From an archaeon (GTDB lineage Archaea > Nanobdellota > Nanobdellia > Woesearchaeales > UBA9642): a stretch of DNA of 64,000 nt. Where the stretch lies: NCBI GenBank assembly GCA_043806035.1, contig JAZDHK010000023.1, positions 1 to 64,000 on the forward strand, written 5' to 3'. This document shows positions 28,702-38,506 of this stretch, one piece after another. Every line of letters starts with the position of its first letter. Position 1 is the first letter of the stretch. The position numbers and the translations under genes were made by a program. Under the pieces are notes generated by a model. The model searched no databases. It saw nothing but the letters and a program-made list of their open reading frames with translations, and was not told the origin of the DNA.

Positions 28702-29237
28702 CAGTGCACCTGTTTGGTGAGGCAGTTGCAGGGCTCGGTCGCCTGCGGCATTGCTTTCAGGTCATCAAAGTACACTCTGTTTTCTGGTTTTATCTGCGTG
28801 GCAAAGGGGCAGGTGGTGAAATGGTATCTGCTTGCGTCCTTGGCGATGATGAACTTGTGACTTTTGTTGACTTTGTTCTTGAGACAGATGCACGGTTCGT
28901 AGTTCTTTGCCTGCGCATCGCGCTCCTGTTCGAAGAAGAAGAGATTCTCCTCGAGTATTTTCTTGATGAACGGGCAGTGGATGTGATGATACTTTCCCTT
29001 ATGATATTTGTTGGTCTGCATGCTGACGATGAACTTGTCCTCGAGTTTTTTCTTCTCGATGCCAATGATGGACTTCGGCGCGGCAGGCACATGAGGTTCC
29101 TCTTTTTGCGGCGCAGGCTGCACGATTAAGTCTTTTCTCCTGTAGAGCACGTTGCATTTGCCGCAGAAAAACCTATACTCGTCATTGCCATGCACGTGCC
29201 CCCCACACATAGGACATGCGTGCTCTATCCGTTCCAT
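28701..29237 (-). CDS. Zn-ribbon plus two Ada-like metal-binding repeats
   Basis: CPMC..CGKC, then YH...CPF..KI..EN...F..PCxC twice. Confidence 0.7.
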   Translation of the reverse strand: MERIEHACPMCGGHVHGNDEYRFFCGKCNVLYRRKDLIVQPAPQKEEPHVPAAPKSIIGIEKKKLEDKFIVSMQTNKYHKGKYHHIHCPFIKKILEENLFFFEQERDAQAKNYEPCICLKNKVNKSHKFIIAKDASRYHFTTCPFATQIKPENRVYFDDLKAMPQATEPCNCLTKQVH

Positions 29238-29282
29238 GTGCATGACGGTGTTGTCGTCAGGAACGTTTAAATATGTTGCGCT

Positions 29283-30200
29283 TTAATAGCTTCCTGCTTT
29301 CTTCCCAGAAACGTACTCGTACGCTGCTTTCGCGGCAGTCGCACCAAAACCCGCGGCAGTAATGGTTTGCTTCTGGAAGACAGGCGTGATGTCTCCCGCA
29401 GCAAAAACGCCAGGGATGTTCGTCGCCTGTTTTCTATCAACGATGATGTGGCCTCGCTCATCACAAGGTATGCCGAGATTGCTAAATATTTTACTGTTCG
29501 GCTCGCTGCCTATCTCGATGAACAGACCGTCGAGCTTGAGTGTCTTCCCGTTATCAAGTTTTGCCCACTCCACATTTTTTGAGCCGCCAACTTCAAGAAC
29601 GTTCGTTTTTGTGAGGACGACGAGTTTTGGATTATCCTTGATCCTGTCAAAATTGATCGGTTCTGCGCGGACGTTCTCTCCCCGATAGATGATGGTGACG
29701 TGCTTTGCCATAGTGAGTAATAGCTCTGCGGCAGTGACTGCTCCATCATTCCCGCCTACGACGCCGACGATTTTTCCTTTGTAGAATGCTGCATCGCACG
29801 TGGCACAGTACGCAATACCCCTTCCCGTGTATTCTTTCTCGCCAGGAATGTTGAGCTTTCTCTTGGCACTGCCTGCAGCAATGATGATGCTCTTCCCCAA
29901 GAATTCCTTCCCGCCTTCTGTCTTGACAGAAAAACCATTCTTTTTCTTGCCCACCTTTGTCACGCGATCAAAGACGATGGGCACGTGCCAATGCTCCACC
30001 TGCTCCTTGAACTTTTGCATGAGCTCGATGCCGCTGATGCTCGTGAAGCCAGGATAGTTCTCGACGTTGTGCGCTTCTGTCAACGTCCCCCCATCCATGA
30101 AGCCGATGACGAGTGTCTTCAAATTATAGCGTGCGCTGTAGAGCGCCGCAGGATAACCTGCACTGCCCGTCCCGATGATGATGACGTCATACGTGTCCAT
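29283..30200 (-). CDS. trxB: Thioredoxin reductase
   Basis: IIGTGSAG, VENYPG, CATCD, GVFAAGD. Confidence 0.93.
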   Translation of the reverse strand: MDTYDVIIIGTGSAGYPAALYSARYNLKTLVIGFMDGGTLTEAHNVENYPGFTSISGIELMQKFKEQVEHWHVPIVFDRVTKVGKKKNGFSVKTEGGKEFLGKSIIIAAGSAKRKLNIPGEKEYTGRGIAYCATCDAAFYKGKIVGVVGGNDGAVTAAELLLTMAKHVTIIYRGENVRAEPINFDRIKDNPKLVVLTKTNVLEVGGSKNVEWAKLDNGKTLKLDGLFIEIGSEPNSKIFSNLGIPCDERGHIIVDRKQATNIPGVFAAGDITPVFQKQTITAAGFGATAAKAAYEYVSGKKAGSY

Positions 30201-30253
30201 GCTTGGAAACAACCGCCGAGCGTATTTAAATGTTATGGAGTGCTGACGTGAGG

Positions 30254-30376
30254 GGCCTTGTTGAAAAAGTCCACCTAGCGCAGTCATTCGAGCAGACGGC
30301 TATTGCGATTGCCCTCGAGACGGGCAGTGGTGAACCGTGCTGTACGGAGCGTGGACTAGAGACGTTCAACAAGGCC
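30254..30376 (+). mobile_element. 123-bp MITE, copy 1
   Basis: TIR GGCCTTGTTGAA/TTCAACAAGGCC. 9-bp TSD GACGTGAGG at 30245-30253 and 30377-30385. Homologous to 51392-51514. Confidence 0.9.
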
Positions 30377-30433
30377 GACGTGAGGAACAAACTTTTTAAA
30401 GCATCGCGGAAGAGCAGCAGGAGAGGTGTTGCT

Positions 30434-33400
30434 TTGGGATATGATTTCAAGCACATAGAGGAGCAGGTGGGCAAGCACTGGCAACAGCACCAGAAGGAGA
30501 TAGATGTACTGCTCAAGTACAATCCCGAGAAAAAACTGTATTCCTGGCTGGAAGGACCACCAACAGCAAACGCCCCTCCTGCGCTGCATCATGTCGAAGT
30601 GAGGGTTTTCAAAGATGTCGTCCTCAGGTTCAAGACCATGCAAGGTTATTCCGTGCCGAGAAAGGGCGGCTGGGACTGCCACGGACTTCCCGTCGAAGTA
30701 CAAGTGGAAAAAAAACTCAAGCTCAAGAGCAAGAAAGACGTCATCACATACGGCGTCCCCAAGTTCATTGAAGCATGCAAGAAGGATGTCTTCACGTTCG
30801 TCAAGGACTGGAATGACAACACGAAAAAGCTCGGCTTCTGGGTGGACTTGCCTGATGCATACATGACGCTTGCCACGCCGTACATGGAGAGCGTGTGGTG
30901 GTCGCTCAAAGAGCTCTTCAACAAAAAACTGCTCTATGAAGGATACAAGGTAGTTCCCTACTGTCCGAGATGTGAGACTCCGTTGAGCAGCCACGAAGTC
31001 GCCTTAGGCTACCAGGACATCGAGGAAAAAACAGTCGTTGTCACGTTCTCCTTGAAGGACAAGCTGCCCGGCATGCCAAAAGAGAAGGTGCAGTTGCTCG
31101 TCTGGACAACAACACCTTGGACCCTGCCAGCGAATGCAAGCATCGCCGTGCACAAAGACATCCCTTACGCACTCATCAGCAGTCACGGTACGTATTATGT
31201 ACTGGCGGAAGAGCTCGTCAGCAAATACTTCAAGCATGCAGAAACGATACAAGTATTTCCTGGAGCTGATCTTGTCGGCAAACACTATGAGCCGCTCTTC
31301 CCCTACTTCACGCTCAAGAAAGGATTCTTCATCATGGACGCGGACTACGTCACCGTCAGCGAAGGCACAGGCCTTGTCCATCAAGCGTCGGCGTACGGCG
31401 AAGTGGACTATGATGCAAACCAGAAAGCAGGTGTCGGCTTCATCCATCCCGTGCTGAAGGACGGCACGTTCAGCGACGAAATAACTGACTTCAAAGGCAT
31501 CTTCGTCAAGGACGCAGACCCGCTCATCATTGCAAAACTCGACAAGGACGGCAAGCTCTTCAAAATCCTCGAGTATGTGCACAGCTATCCTTTCTGCTGG
31601 CGCTGCAAAAGCCCCTTGCTCTATTATGCCATGGACACGTGGTTTGTGAAAGTCAGCGAGTTCAGGCAGCAGCTCCTCGCAAAAAACCAGGAAATCCATT
31701 GGTATCCTGATTCTGTCAAGGATGGCAGGTTCGGGAATTGGCTCGAGGGGGCAAAGGATTGGGCATTGTCCAGGAACAAATTCTGGGGGACACCATTGCC
31801 CATCTGGATATGCAATGTCTGCAAGCACCAAGAAGCGATAGGCAGCATCAAAGAGCTCGAGGAAAAGACAGGAGCAAAACACATTACTGATCTGCACATC
31901 ATGTCTGTCGATACCTTGACCATGCCTTGCCCCGCATGCGAAAAGAAAGGAAAGCACACGACGATGCGACGAACTCCCGAAGTCATCGACTGCTGGTATG
32001 ATTCCGGCTCCGCAGCATTCGCACAATTCCACTATCCTTTCGAGAACAAGGAACTCTTCGAGAAACGATTCCCCTATGACTTCATCGTCGAAGCAATAGA
32101 CCAGACGAGAGGATGGTTCTACACGTTGCACGTCCTTGGCGTGCTACTCTTCGACCAGCCTGCCTATAGGAACGTTGCGGTCGGTGGCCTGCTCTGCGAC
32201 GACAACGGCGAGAAAATGTCAAAATCGAAAGGGAACATCGTTTCCCCTGAGGAAACGTTCACCCAGTACGGCGTCGATGCCGTGCGCTTGGCCATGTGCT
32301 CCTATCCTTTGGGTAATCAGATACGCTATGGGCCGAGCGTCTTCAAAGATACGCTTATGCCCTACTTCAACACGCTCTGGAACTGTTTCATCTTCGTGCA
32401 GAACTACTTCAAGAACAACGGGCTGGATGGAAAAATGCAGAGTGACTTGCAGCAGGAGGATCTGTGGATACTCAGCAAGACAAACACACTTATCTCCACG
32501 GTGACGGAAGACCTGGAAAAGCACGAATACAGCCATGCAATCGTAACCATCATGTCCTTCGTCATTGATGACTTCTCTCGAGGATACATTAAGATGATCA
32601 GGGAGCGCACGGCAACAGCGAATAGTGCGGCTGCATTCTCATTGCGATACGTGCTTGAACGCGTCATCCTCATAACCGCACCATTCACGCCATACCTTGC
32701 AGAATGGCTCTATCAAGACTTCATGAAAGAAGGAGGCATGCCCTGGAGCGTCCACGTCCTTTCCTGGCCGAGCAAAGAAGACGACCGTATACTGCCAGAT
32801 ATGGAAAGGCACATGCGGCATGTCCAAGTGCTCATAACGGGAATATTAGGAGCGAGAGAGAAAGCACAGCTCGGCGTGCGCTGGCCCATCAGCAAAGCGA
32901 TCATCGACCTGCATGACAATGACGTGCCCATCAAGGACGCATACGCGGCATTCACAGATATGGTGCACCAGCAGACGAACGTCAAGGAAATACTTTTTGA
33001 GAAGTTCACCGAGCTCGACTATGACTTCAAGCCGAACTATGATGCGCTTGGCAGAGCGCTAGGGGAGCACACGGCAGACGTCCTTACTGCACTTCCCGCT
33101 CAGAAGGGACGCATCCTGAGCGAGCTCAGGCAAGGTAAGGAAGAATTCCTCATTGCAGGCCAACTCATCAAGAAAGAACACTTGCTCATAACAAAGATTC
33201 CCCCAACGCACCTCGTCTACGCTGACTTCACGGAATGCAGTACACTCTACCTTGAAACGACCACGAATGATGCACTGCTTGCCGAAGGGTATGCGCGTGA
33301 ACTAACCCGCAGGATTCAGGAGGCGAGAAAGGAACTCGGCCTCAAAAAAACAGACACGCTCGCCAGCGTTGCTATCATTGGAGAAGATCTGGGTCTTGCT

Positions 33401-33529
33401 CCTTTCTTCGAGGAAATCAAGAAAAAAGTTGGTGCAAAGCAAATTTCTGCAACGCCTTTGCCGCACAAGGACTTTGCAAAAGTGTTCACGATCAAGCAGA
33501 AGACCTTCACCATCAACGTCCAGAAATAA
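30434..33529 (+). CDS. ileS: Isoleucine--tRNA ligase (type 2, archaeal/eukaryal-like)
   Basis: EGPPTAN, ALHH in the HIGH position, GWDCHGLPVE, WTTTPWTLP, DQTRGWFY, KMSKS. TTG start after GAGGTG. Confidence 0.96.
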   Translation: MGYDFKHIEEQVGKHWQQHQKEIDVLLKYNPEKKLYSWLEGPPTANAPPALHHVEVRVFKDVVLRFKTMQGYSVPRKGGWDCHGLPVEVQVEKKLKLKSKKDVITYGVPKFIEACKKDVFTFVKDWNDNTKKLGFWVDLPDAYMTLATPYMESVWWSLKELFNKKLLYEGYKVVPYCPRCETPLSSHEVALGYQDIEEKTVVVTFSLKDKLPGMPKEKVQLLVWTTTPWTLPANASIAVHKDIPYALISSHGTYYVLAEELVSKYFKHAETIQVFPGADLVGKHYEPLFPYFTLKKGFFIMDADYVTVSEGTGLVHQASAYGEVDYDANQKAGVGFIHPVLKDGTFSDEITDFKGIFVKDADPLIIAKLDKDGKLFKILEYVHSYPFCWRCKSPLLYYAMDTWFVKVSEFRQQLLAKNQEIHWYPDSVKDGRFGNWLEGAKDWALSRNKFWGTPLPIWICNVCKHQEAIGSIKELEEKTGAKHITDLHIMSVDTLTMPCPACEKKGKHTTMRRTPEVIDCWYDSGSAAFAQFHYPFENKELFEKRFPYDFIVEAIDQTRGWFYTLHVLGVLLFDQPAYRNVAVGGLLCDDNGEKMSKSKGNIVSPEETFTQYGVDAVRLAMCSYPLGNQIRYGPSVFKDTLMPYFNTLWNCFIFVQNYFKNNGLDGKMQSDLQQEDLWILSKTNTLISTVTEDLEKHEYSHAIVTIMSFVIDDFSRGYIKMIRERTATANSAAAFSLRYVLERVILITAPFTPYLAEWLYQDFMKEGGMPWSVHVLSWPSKEDDRILPDMERHMRHVQVLITGILGAREKAQLGVRWPISKAIIDLHDNDVPIKDAYAAFTDMVHQQTNVKEILFEKFTELDYDFKPNYDALGRALGEHTADVLTALPAQKGRILSELRQGKEEFLIAGQLIKKEHLLITKIPPTHLVYADFTECSTLYLETTTNDALLAEGYARELTRRIQEARKELGLKKTDTLASVAIIGEDLGLAPFFEEIKKKVGAKQISATPLPHKDFAKVFTIKQKTFTINVQK

Positions 33530-33581
33530 TGCAGGATTTCCTGCACTACTTTTATATAGTACCTTGCCCTCATGCAGGAGT

Positions 33582-34151
33582 ATGACGTATTTTGTCATCG
33601 ATGTAGAAACCATCCCTCTGGACATGCAATTGCATGCATCGCTGTCGGAGGAGGACAGGAAAAAGCTGCTCAACCCTATTGATTCTCGCATCATCGCCAT
33701 AGGACTAAGGACGAAAGGGAAGAACATCATCTTCCAAGGGGAGGATGAACAAGCCCTGCTTTTCGACTTCTGGAAACTGTGGAAAGAGCTCAAGCCGAAC
33801 ATGCTCGTCAGGGTAGTTGGCTTCAACCTCGTTGATTTTGACATTCCGTTCCTCGTGGCGAGAAGCTTCATTAATGACGTTGCCATAGTGCCGTTTTCTG
33901 TCAAGGAATTGCTCGACCTTCGCGACAAGATAAACGCATACAGGTATGGGCACAGCAGGGGAAAGCTCAAGGAGTATGCAGTATTGCTCGGCCTGCCGGT
34001 CATGGACGTTGATGGCAGCGACGTTGCGCGATTGTGGCAGGATGGCCAGCACGAGCTCATCAGGGCGTATTTGGAGAGAGACTTAGAAATTACGGATGCA
34101 CTCTACCTCAGAGCTGTCCGCCTCGGCATTGCAGACATCTCAAGATTCTAA
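33582..34151 (+). CDS. DEDD 3'-5' exonuclease, RNase H-like (PolB-exo/YprB-like)
   Basis: IDVET, GFN...FDIPFL, YLERD. Confidence 0.85.
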   Translation: MTYFVIDVETIPLDMQLHASLSEEDRKKLLNPIDSRIIAIGLRTKGKNIIFQGEDEQALLFDFWKLWKELKPNMLVRVVGFNLVDFDIPFLVARSFINDVAIVPFSVKELLDLRDKINAYRYGHSRGKLKEYAVLLGLPVMDVDGSDVARLWQDGQHELIRAYLERDLEITDALYLRAVRLGIADISRF

Positions 34152-34193
34152 AACTATATAAACCACGTCTTCCTGTAAGCGAGGGGTGATACC

Positions 34194-34388
34194 ATGTGTT
34201 GTGAGAAATGTTCGAAAATGGGAGGGTTGCTGTTCTTTCTGTTCGGCATCATCTTCCTGCTGCAAAACCTGAACGTCTGGAATTTTTGGGGAATCCAGTG
34301 GTACACGGTGCTGTTCGTGCTCATGGGCTTGGGCATGATATGCATGGCGAGCTGCAAGGAATGCCAGACGCCAAAGAAAAAGAAGTAA
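34194..34388 (+). CDS. Small two-TM membrane protein with flanking CxxC motifs
   Basis: GGGGTGA SD and TATA upstream. CEKC..TM..TM..CKEC. Confidence 0.75.
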   Translation: MCCEKCSKMGGLLFFLFGIIFLLQNLNVWNFWGIQWYTVLFVLMGLGMICMASCKECQTPKKKK

Positions 34389-34420
34389 TTTTTTAAACTC
34401 TTTTTTTTAGTATAGTCAGC

Positions 34421-34876
34421 GTGGGTACGATATCTAAGGAACAGCCGCTTGCCGAGTTGACGCTACGCAAGTACGAAAAACCAGGCAACCTTACTGATAG
34501 GGAGCTTGTGAAGAAACTCTGCCTTTCCCTCGGGTTATTGCAGGCGGGAGACTCTCGCGATGTCATCGTCGATGTGTTCATGGTCCTGCTTTCGAGAAAG
34601 CAGCTTTCCTCTGAGTCAATCGAACAAAAGGTGGTTGAGCAGCGCACATCTCTCAAGCTGCCTCTTATCGGTATTGCGGGCTCGAATATCAGACGACAGC
34701 TCTTGCGCTTGCGGGAGGCGTTCCTTGTCGAGAAGGTCGCGAACGAATACAGAATTGCAGAGAACGCCAAACTTGCTGATCTGTTCACGGAGAAGATAGA
34801 GCGATACGTACTGCCGTCGATACTCGGCAGAATAAGAGAATATTTAACGGAAGCTGATGAGAGGTTCAAAGGATGA
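34421..34876 (+). CDS. Conserved hypothetical protein, probable winged-helix
   Basis: LTLRKYEKP, LSLGLLQ.GDSRD, SNIRRQLLRLR..LVEK. Confidence 0.75.
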   Translation: MGTISKEQPLAELTLRKYEKPGNLTDRELVKKLCLSLGLLQAGDSRDVIVDVFMVLLSRKQLSSESIEQKVVEQRTSLKLPLIGIAGSNIRRQLLRLREAFLVEKVANEYRIAENAKLADLFTEKIERYVLPSILGRIREYLTEADERFKG

Positions 34877-35388
34877 AATGGTCTGTACTACTAATGCTGC
34901 TTTTGTTCACCGCTATTTCTTGCAAACAGCTAAACAAAACGCAGTTATTGGATACAACTGCTAAACTTACAGAAGATATTGAACGTTGTAACTCACTTTA
35001 TGATTCATCTCTGAGTTGGGATGGATCAGAAGCAGATAAGTGCAAACTGGTAGTTAAGTTGGCATTTGTTACAAAAAAAGACGATCCTGCCTATTGTGAA
35101 AACACATCTGATATAGATAATTATTATCAACAAAGATTCTTCAAGAATGAATGTTATCTTCACTTTGCTATAGCTCAGCGTAATGAAAGTTGGTGTGACA
35201 AGATGGTCCTTGCTTACTGGAAAAACGAAACAGTTCGATGTAAGATAACTATTGCCAACTTCACCAAAAACTACACCTATTGCGATACATTAGCAGGATT
35301 GTATGAAACTGCTCCGGGTGGGGGTTCCCATGCGGGTCCATCATTCTCATTAAAAGACACCTGCTATGAAATTCTCACTAATTCTTAA
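34873..35388 (+). CDS. Putative Cys-rich lipoprotein
   Basis: Signal peptide ending TAISC, repeated C-x(n)-C helical units, AT-rich codons. Confidence 0.7.
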   Translation: MKWSVLLMLLLFTAISCKQLNKTQLLDTTAKLTEDIERCNSLYDSSLSWDGSEADKCKLVVKLAFVTKKDDPAYCENTSDIDNYYQQRFFKNECYLHFAIAQRNESWCDKMVLAYWKNETVRCKITIANFTKNYTYCDTLAGLYETAPGGGSHAGPSFSLKDTCYEILTNS

Positions 35389-35435
35389 TGGTTGCAAGTC
35401 ATGGCCATTTGATGTGAGATTAGCATAAAACTACT

Positions 35436-35960
35436 TTATTTTTCAAGAGATCTCTTGAGTCTTTTAAACGCCTTCGCCCGGTGACTGAAGGTGTTCTTCT
35501 CAACAAGTGTCATCTCCCCGAACGTCTTGCGCGATCCTGCCGGGAGGAAGAGTGGGTCCCAGTGCCAGCCGTTCTTGCCTCGTGGTTTGACGACTTTTCC
35601 GTGAACGCTGTCCTCAAAGAAAGTGAGCGTGTTCTTGTGCCAGTATCCAATGATGGCTCTGTATGTTATGCGGCTGCCCTTGCATAATTCGTAGATTTTC
35701 TGCGTGCCGAGACGGGTAATCATCCATTTTGCCAACGCCCCAGGAAAGCCGTTGAGCGCTTCCAGCTCGACTGATGCATCCTCGACGATAATGGTGCCTT
35801 TGATGTGCTTTCTTGCCTCTGCAATCTTGTGCGTGATGACTTCCCTGCTGTCAACGCTTTGAATCTCCGGCAGGTCTATGCTTTTCTGCACGAGATGAGG
35901 GATGAGCGCTTTCGCTTCTCTGAATTTCTCTTTCTTCGAGGTGATGAAGGTTATTGCCAT
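35436..35960 (-). CDS. rdgB: Non-canonical purine NTP pyrophosphatase (Ham1/RdgB)
   Basis: KFRE, EIQS, VED, LNGFPG, WDPLF, EKN.FSHR. Confidence 0.92.
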   Translation of the reverse strand: MAITFITSKKEKFREAKALIPHLVQKSIDLPEIQSVDSREVITHKIAEARKHIKGTIIVEDASVELEALNGFPGALAKWMITRLGTQKIYELCKGSRITYRAIIGYWHKNTLTFFEDSVHGKVVKPRGKNGWHWDPLFLPAGSRKTFGEMTLVEKNTFSHRAKAFKRLKRSLEK

Positions 35961-36031
35961 GCTGTTCCCAAGTTGAGGTCATTTATATGTGTAATGGCAA
36001 TCCATAAAAAGCAAGGCAGCACTCTTCACGC

Positions 36032-36586
36032 ATGGATCCCGTCTATGACCCGCAGGAGGACTCCCAGCTAATCAAGTGCTTCATCCCCCTGCTACTTGAA
36101 GACACGCCTGGTGCTCTAGTTCTCGATATGGGCACGGGCTCAGGAATTCTCGCCGAGCACGCCACGTACTCTGCAGGAAAGATTATCGCTGTCGACATAA
36201 ACCCTGCAGCAATCGATGCAGTCAGAGACCTCGTCGCTGAAAAACAACTTAAGCAGATCGATGCGCGAGTGAGCGATTTCTTCTCGAACGTTCCCGAACA
36301 ATTTAATCTTATCATCTGCAATCCACCCTACCTGCCAGCAGACCCGTACCTTCCAGATCCCGCGCTCGATGGTGGGCGAGAAGGGCATGAATTCATCGTG
36401 CGGTTCTTGCACGAGGCGAAACAGCACCTTTTGCCGAAAGGTAAGATATTGCTGCTCTTCAGCAGCCTCAGCAATAAAGAAAAAATCCTCGCGGCCTGCG
36501 ACCAGATGCAGTATGCCTATACGGAGCTTGCTGCCGAACCGTACTTCATGGAAACGCTGTATGTTTACGTCTTGTGGAGGGCATGA
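36032..36586 (+). CDS. HemK/PrmC-family methyltransferase
   Basis: VYDPQEDS, DMGTGSG, NPPY, DGG. Confidence 0.9.
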   Translation: MDPVYDPQEDSQLIKCFIPLLLEDTPGALVLDMGTGSGILAEHATYSAGKIIAVDINPAAIDAVRDLVAEKQLKQIDARVSDFFSNVPEQFNLIICNPPYLPADPYLPDPALDGGREGHEFIVRFLHEAKQHLLPKGKILLLFSSLSNKEKILAACDQMQYAYTELAAEPYFMETLYVYVLWRA

Positions 36587-37167
36587 TGGAATTCTTGGCA
36601 AAAGGAAAGCGAGGTGTCGTGCATCGTCTCGTGTGGAAAGGAAAGCAGGCAGTAATCAAGACGAAACGGGAAAGTTCTGCAGTTGATACATTAGTGCATG
36701 AGGCGAACATGCTACAATTAGTGAATACACGCAGTATAGGCCCGCGCTATTTTGCGTTCGAGAACGGCTTGATCATGGAATATGTCGACGGGCAACGCCT
36801 TGACGACTATGTCAGAACGCATCCTGCTCGCACTATATGCACGACACTCAGGACAATCCTCAGACAGTGCAGGACGCTCGATAAGCTGCGTCTGAACAAG
36901 TTTGAACTGCACCATCCGCACAAGCACGTCATCATTACAAAGAAGGGCCCAGTCATGATTGATTTTGAGCGATGCCGATTCTCAGAGCATCCGAAGAACG
37001 TGACGCAGTTCGTGCAATTCCTCACTTCGACCGCATTCGGCGGATTGCTGCGCAGCAGAGGCGTACATGTTTCTCCTGATGTGCGCGAGCAGGCGAAGCA
37101 GTACAAGAACACATATGCTGAGGCGCCATGCAAACGCATGCTCGATGGTATTCATACACGAGCTTAG
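36583..37167 (+). CDS. Atypical (RIO/Bud32-like) Ser/Thr kinase
   Basis: AKGKRG, VIK, MEYVDG, IDFE, PKNVTQ. ATGA-coupled to the methyltransferase. Confidence 0.8.
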   Translation: MMEFLAKGKRGVVHRLVWKGKQAVIKTKRESSAVDTLVHEANMLQLVNTRSIGPRYFAFENGLIMEYVDGQRLDDYVRTHPARTICTTLRTILRQCRTLDKLRLNKFELHHPHKHVIITKKGPVMIDFERCRFSEHPKNVTQFVQFLTSTAFGGLLRSRGVHVSPDVREQAKQYKNTYAEAPCKRMLDGIHTRA

Positions 37168-38078
37168 GTGTCTGGTGCGAAGGGCAGGATGTACTGCTGC
37201 TTGAGCAGCTTGATCATGAACGTGCACTCAATGACTTCCCGCATGAGCTTGGCAGAGAGAATGAGCAGTGTCCTGATCTCCCCTTCCATCTTTGCCTGCC
37301 GCAGCTTGACGAGCTTCTCGCGTATCTCATAGACGTTCTTGATCTCGGCTTTTCCCATGAAGAACAAATACACTTCCTTCAAGAATGCGTTCGTATCCAC
37401 GAGCATGGCCAGCTCTTCCTTGGACATTTTCTTCTTGAGCGCATACCTCGTCATGCGGACGTACGCGTCCCCAATAGCATCGAGCGTGGAGAGCAAGTAG
37501 AAATAGCTGTTCGTCTCCTCTAAGCCTCCATGGCCTGACTGGTTCAGGAAGTAGATACAGAGATTAGTGTGCCTTCGTAGCGTATAGCGTTGCTCGATGA
37601 GTTCCTCGAGGCCTTTGCGATCGTTTGCTTTTGCCAGTCGTGCGAGCTCCTGGCTTTTGAACAGGAGGATGTGGAATGCCTTGTTGAAAATGCTCTCGAA
37701 ATCGTGGCTTTCCGCTTCGGCAATGTTCTCGATGACGATCTTGTCGTTTGTCTTTTCGAGCACGATGAGTCCGAGGCACATGTCCATGCTGCCCTCGACG
37801 AGGGGAATTTGCGCTTTCGTGCATTTCAGCGTGAGTCTTCTGAATCCTATCTTGTAGGCTGAGGCGAGCAGTCGTTTTCTGAGAAATCGGTCGGGGAAGT
37901 TCTTGATGTCCAGCGTGAGATTCTTGTCTGTTCTCTCTTGAGGGCGGATGAGCAGGTCCTTCTCTTTTCTGATGATGTCGACGCTGTCCCCCTTCTTGAG
38001 CTTGAGATGCTCCAGCCAGTCGGAGGGAAGGCTCACGACGAGTGTCTTGTTTGCCAGCCTGATGAGTTTGCGTTCCAT
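37164..38078 (-). CDS. AbrB-PhoU family regulator
   Basis: RKL...TLVVSLP..W...LKKGD (AbrB), followed by a helical PhoU-like region (LDAIGD). Confidence 0.85.
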   Translation of the reverse strand: MERKLIRLANKTLVVSLPSDWLEHLKLKKGDSVDIIRKEKDLLIRPQERTDKNLTLDIKNFPDRFLRKRLLASAYKIGFRRLTLKCTKAQIPLVEGSMDMCLGLIVLEKTNDKIVIENIAEAESHDFESIFNKAFHILLFKSQELARLAKANDRKGLEELIEQRYTLRRHTNLCIYFLNQSGHGGLEETNSYFYLLSTLDAIGDAYVRMTRYALKKKMSKEELAMLVDTNAFLKEVYLFFMGKAEIKNVYEIREKLVKLRQAKMEGEIRTLLILSAKLMREVIECTFMIKLLKQQYILPFAPDT

Positions 38079-38194
38079 GGGCAAGGGAAACATTTTCTCT
38101 TTTAAAAATATTACTGTTTTATATATTGTTATATACTCGTATAAGATTACGGTGCGACGAAACCATTATTAACTCTGTTGCTCTTTTTCAGTTT

Positions 38195-38506
38195 ATGCCG
38201 ACAAAATTTCAGAAAAGAGTCTATGCCCTCTGCAAAAAGATTCCTCGAGGAAAAGTCTCGACTTACGGTGCTCTTGCGAAGAAACTGAGAAGCAGCCCAA
38301 GGGCTGTAGGCCAGGCACTGGCGTGCAACCCGTATGCACCCGTCGTCCCCTGCCACAGAGTCGTGAAGAGCGATGGTTCTATTGGGGGATTCAATCATCA
38401 CACAACAGGAAGAGATATTCAACGGAAGATTGCGCTGCTGAAAAAAGAGGGAGTTGGCATCAGTGCATACAGCGTTCTTCAGTTTGACAGGAAGTGTCAG
38501 AGATGA
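38195..38506 (+). CDS. ogt: O6-methylguanine-DNA methyltransferase (single-domain MGMT)
   Basis: IPRGKVSTYG, RAVG, PCHRVV, LLKKEG. Confidence 0.9.
   Translation: MPTKFQKRVYALCKKIPRGKVSTYGALAKKLRSSPRAVGQALACNPYAPVVPCHRVVKSDGSIGGFNHHTTGRDIQRKIALLKKEGVGISAYSVLQFDRKCQR

Noticed and set aside
30230-30433. Apparent 68-aa N-terminal extension of IleRS, and the extension of TrxB to 30287
   Set aside because: Read-through of the stop-free MITE. A TATA-like TTTTTAAA and a GAGGTG SD point to a start at 30434.
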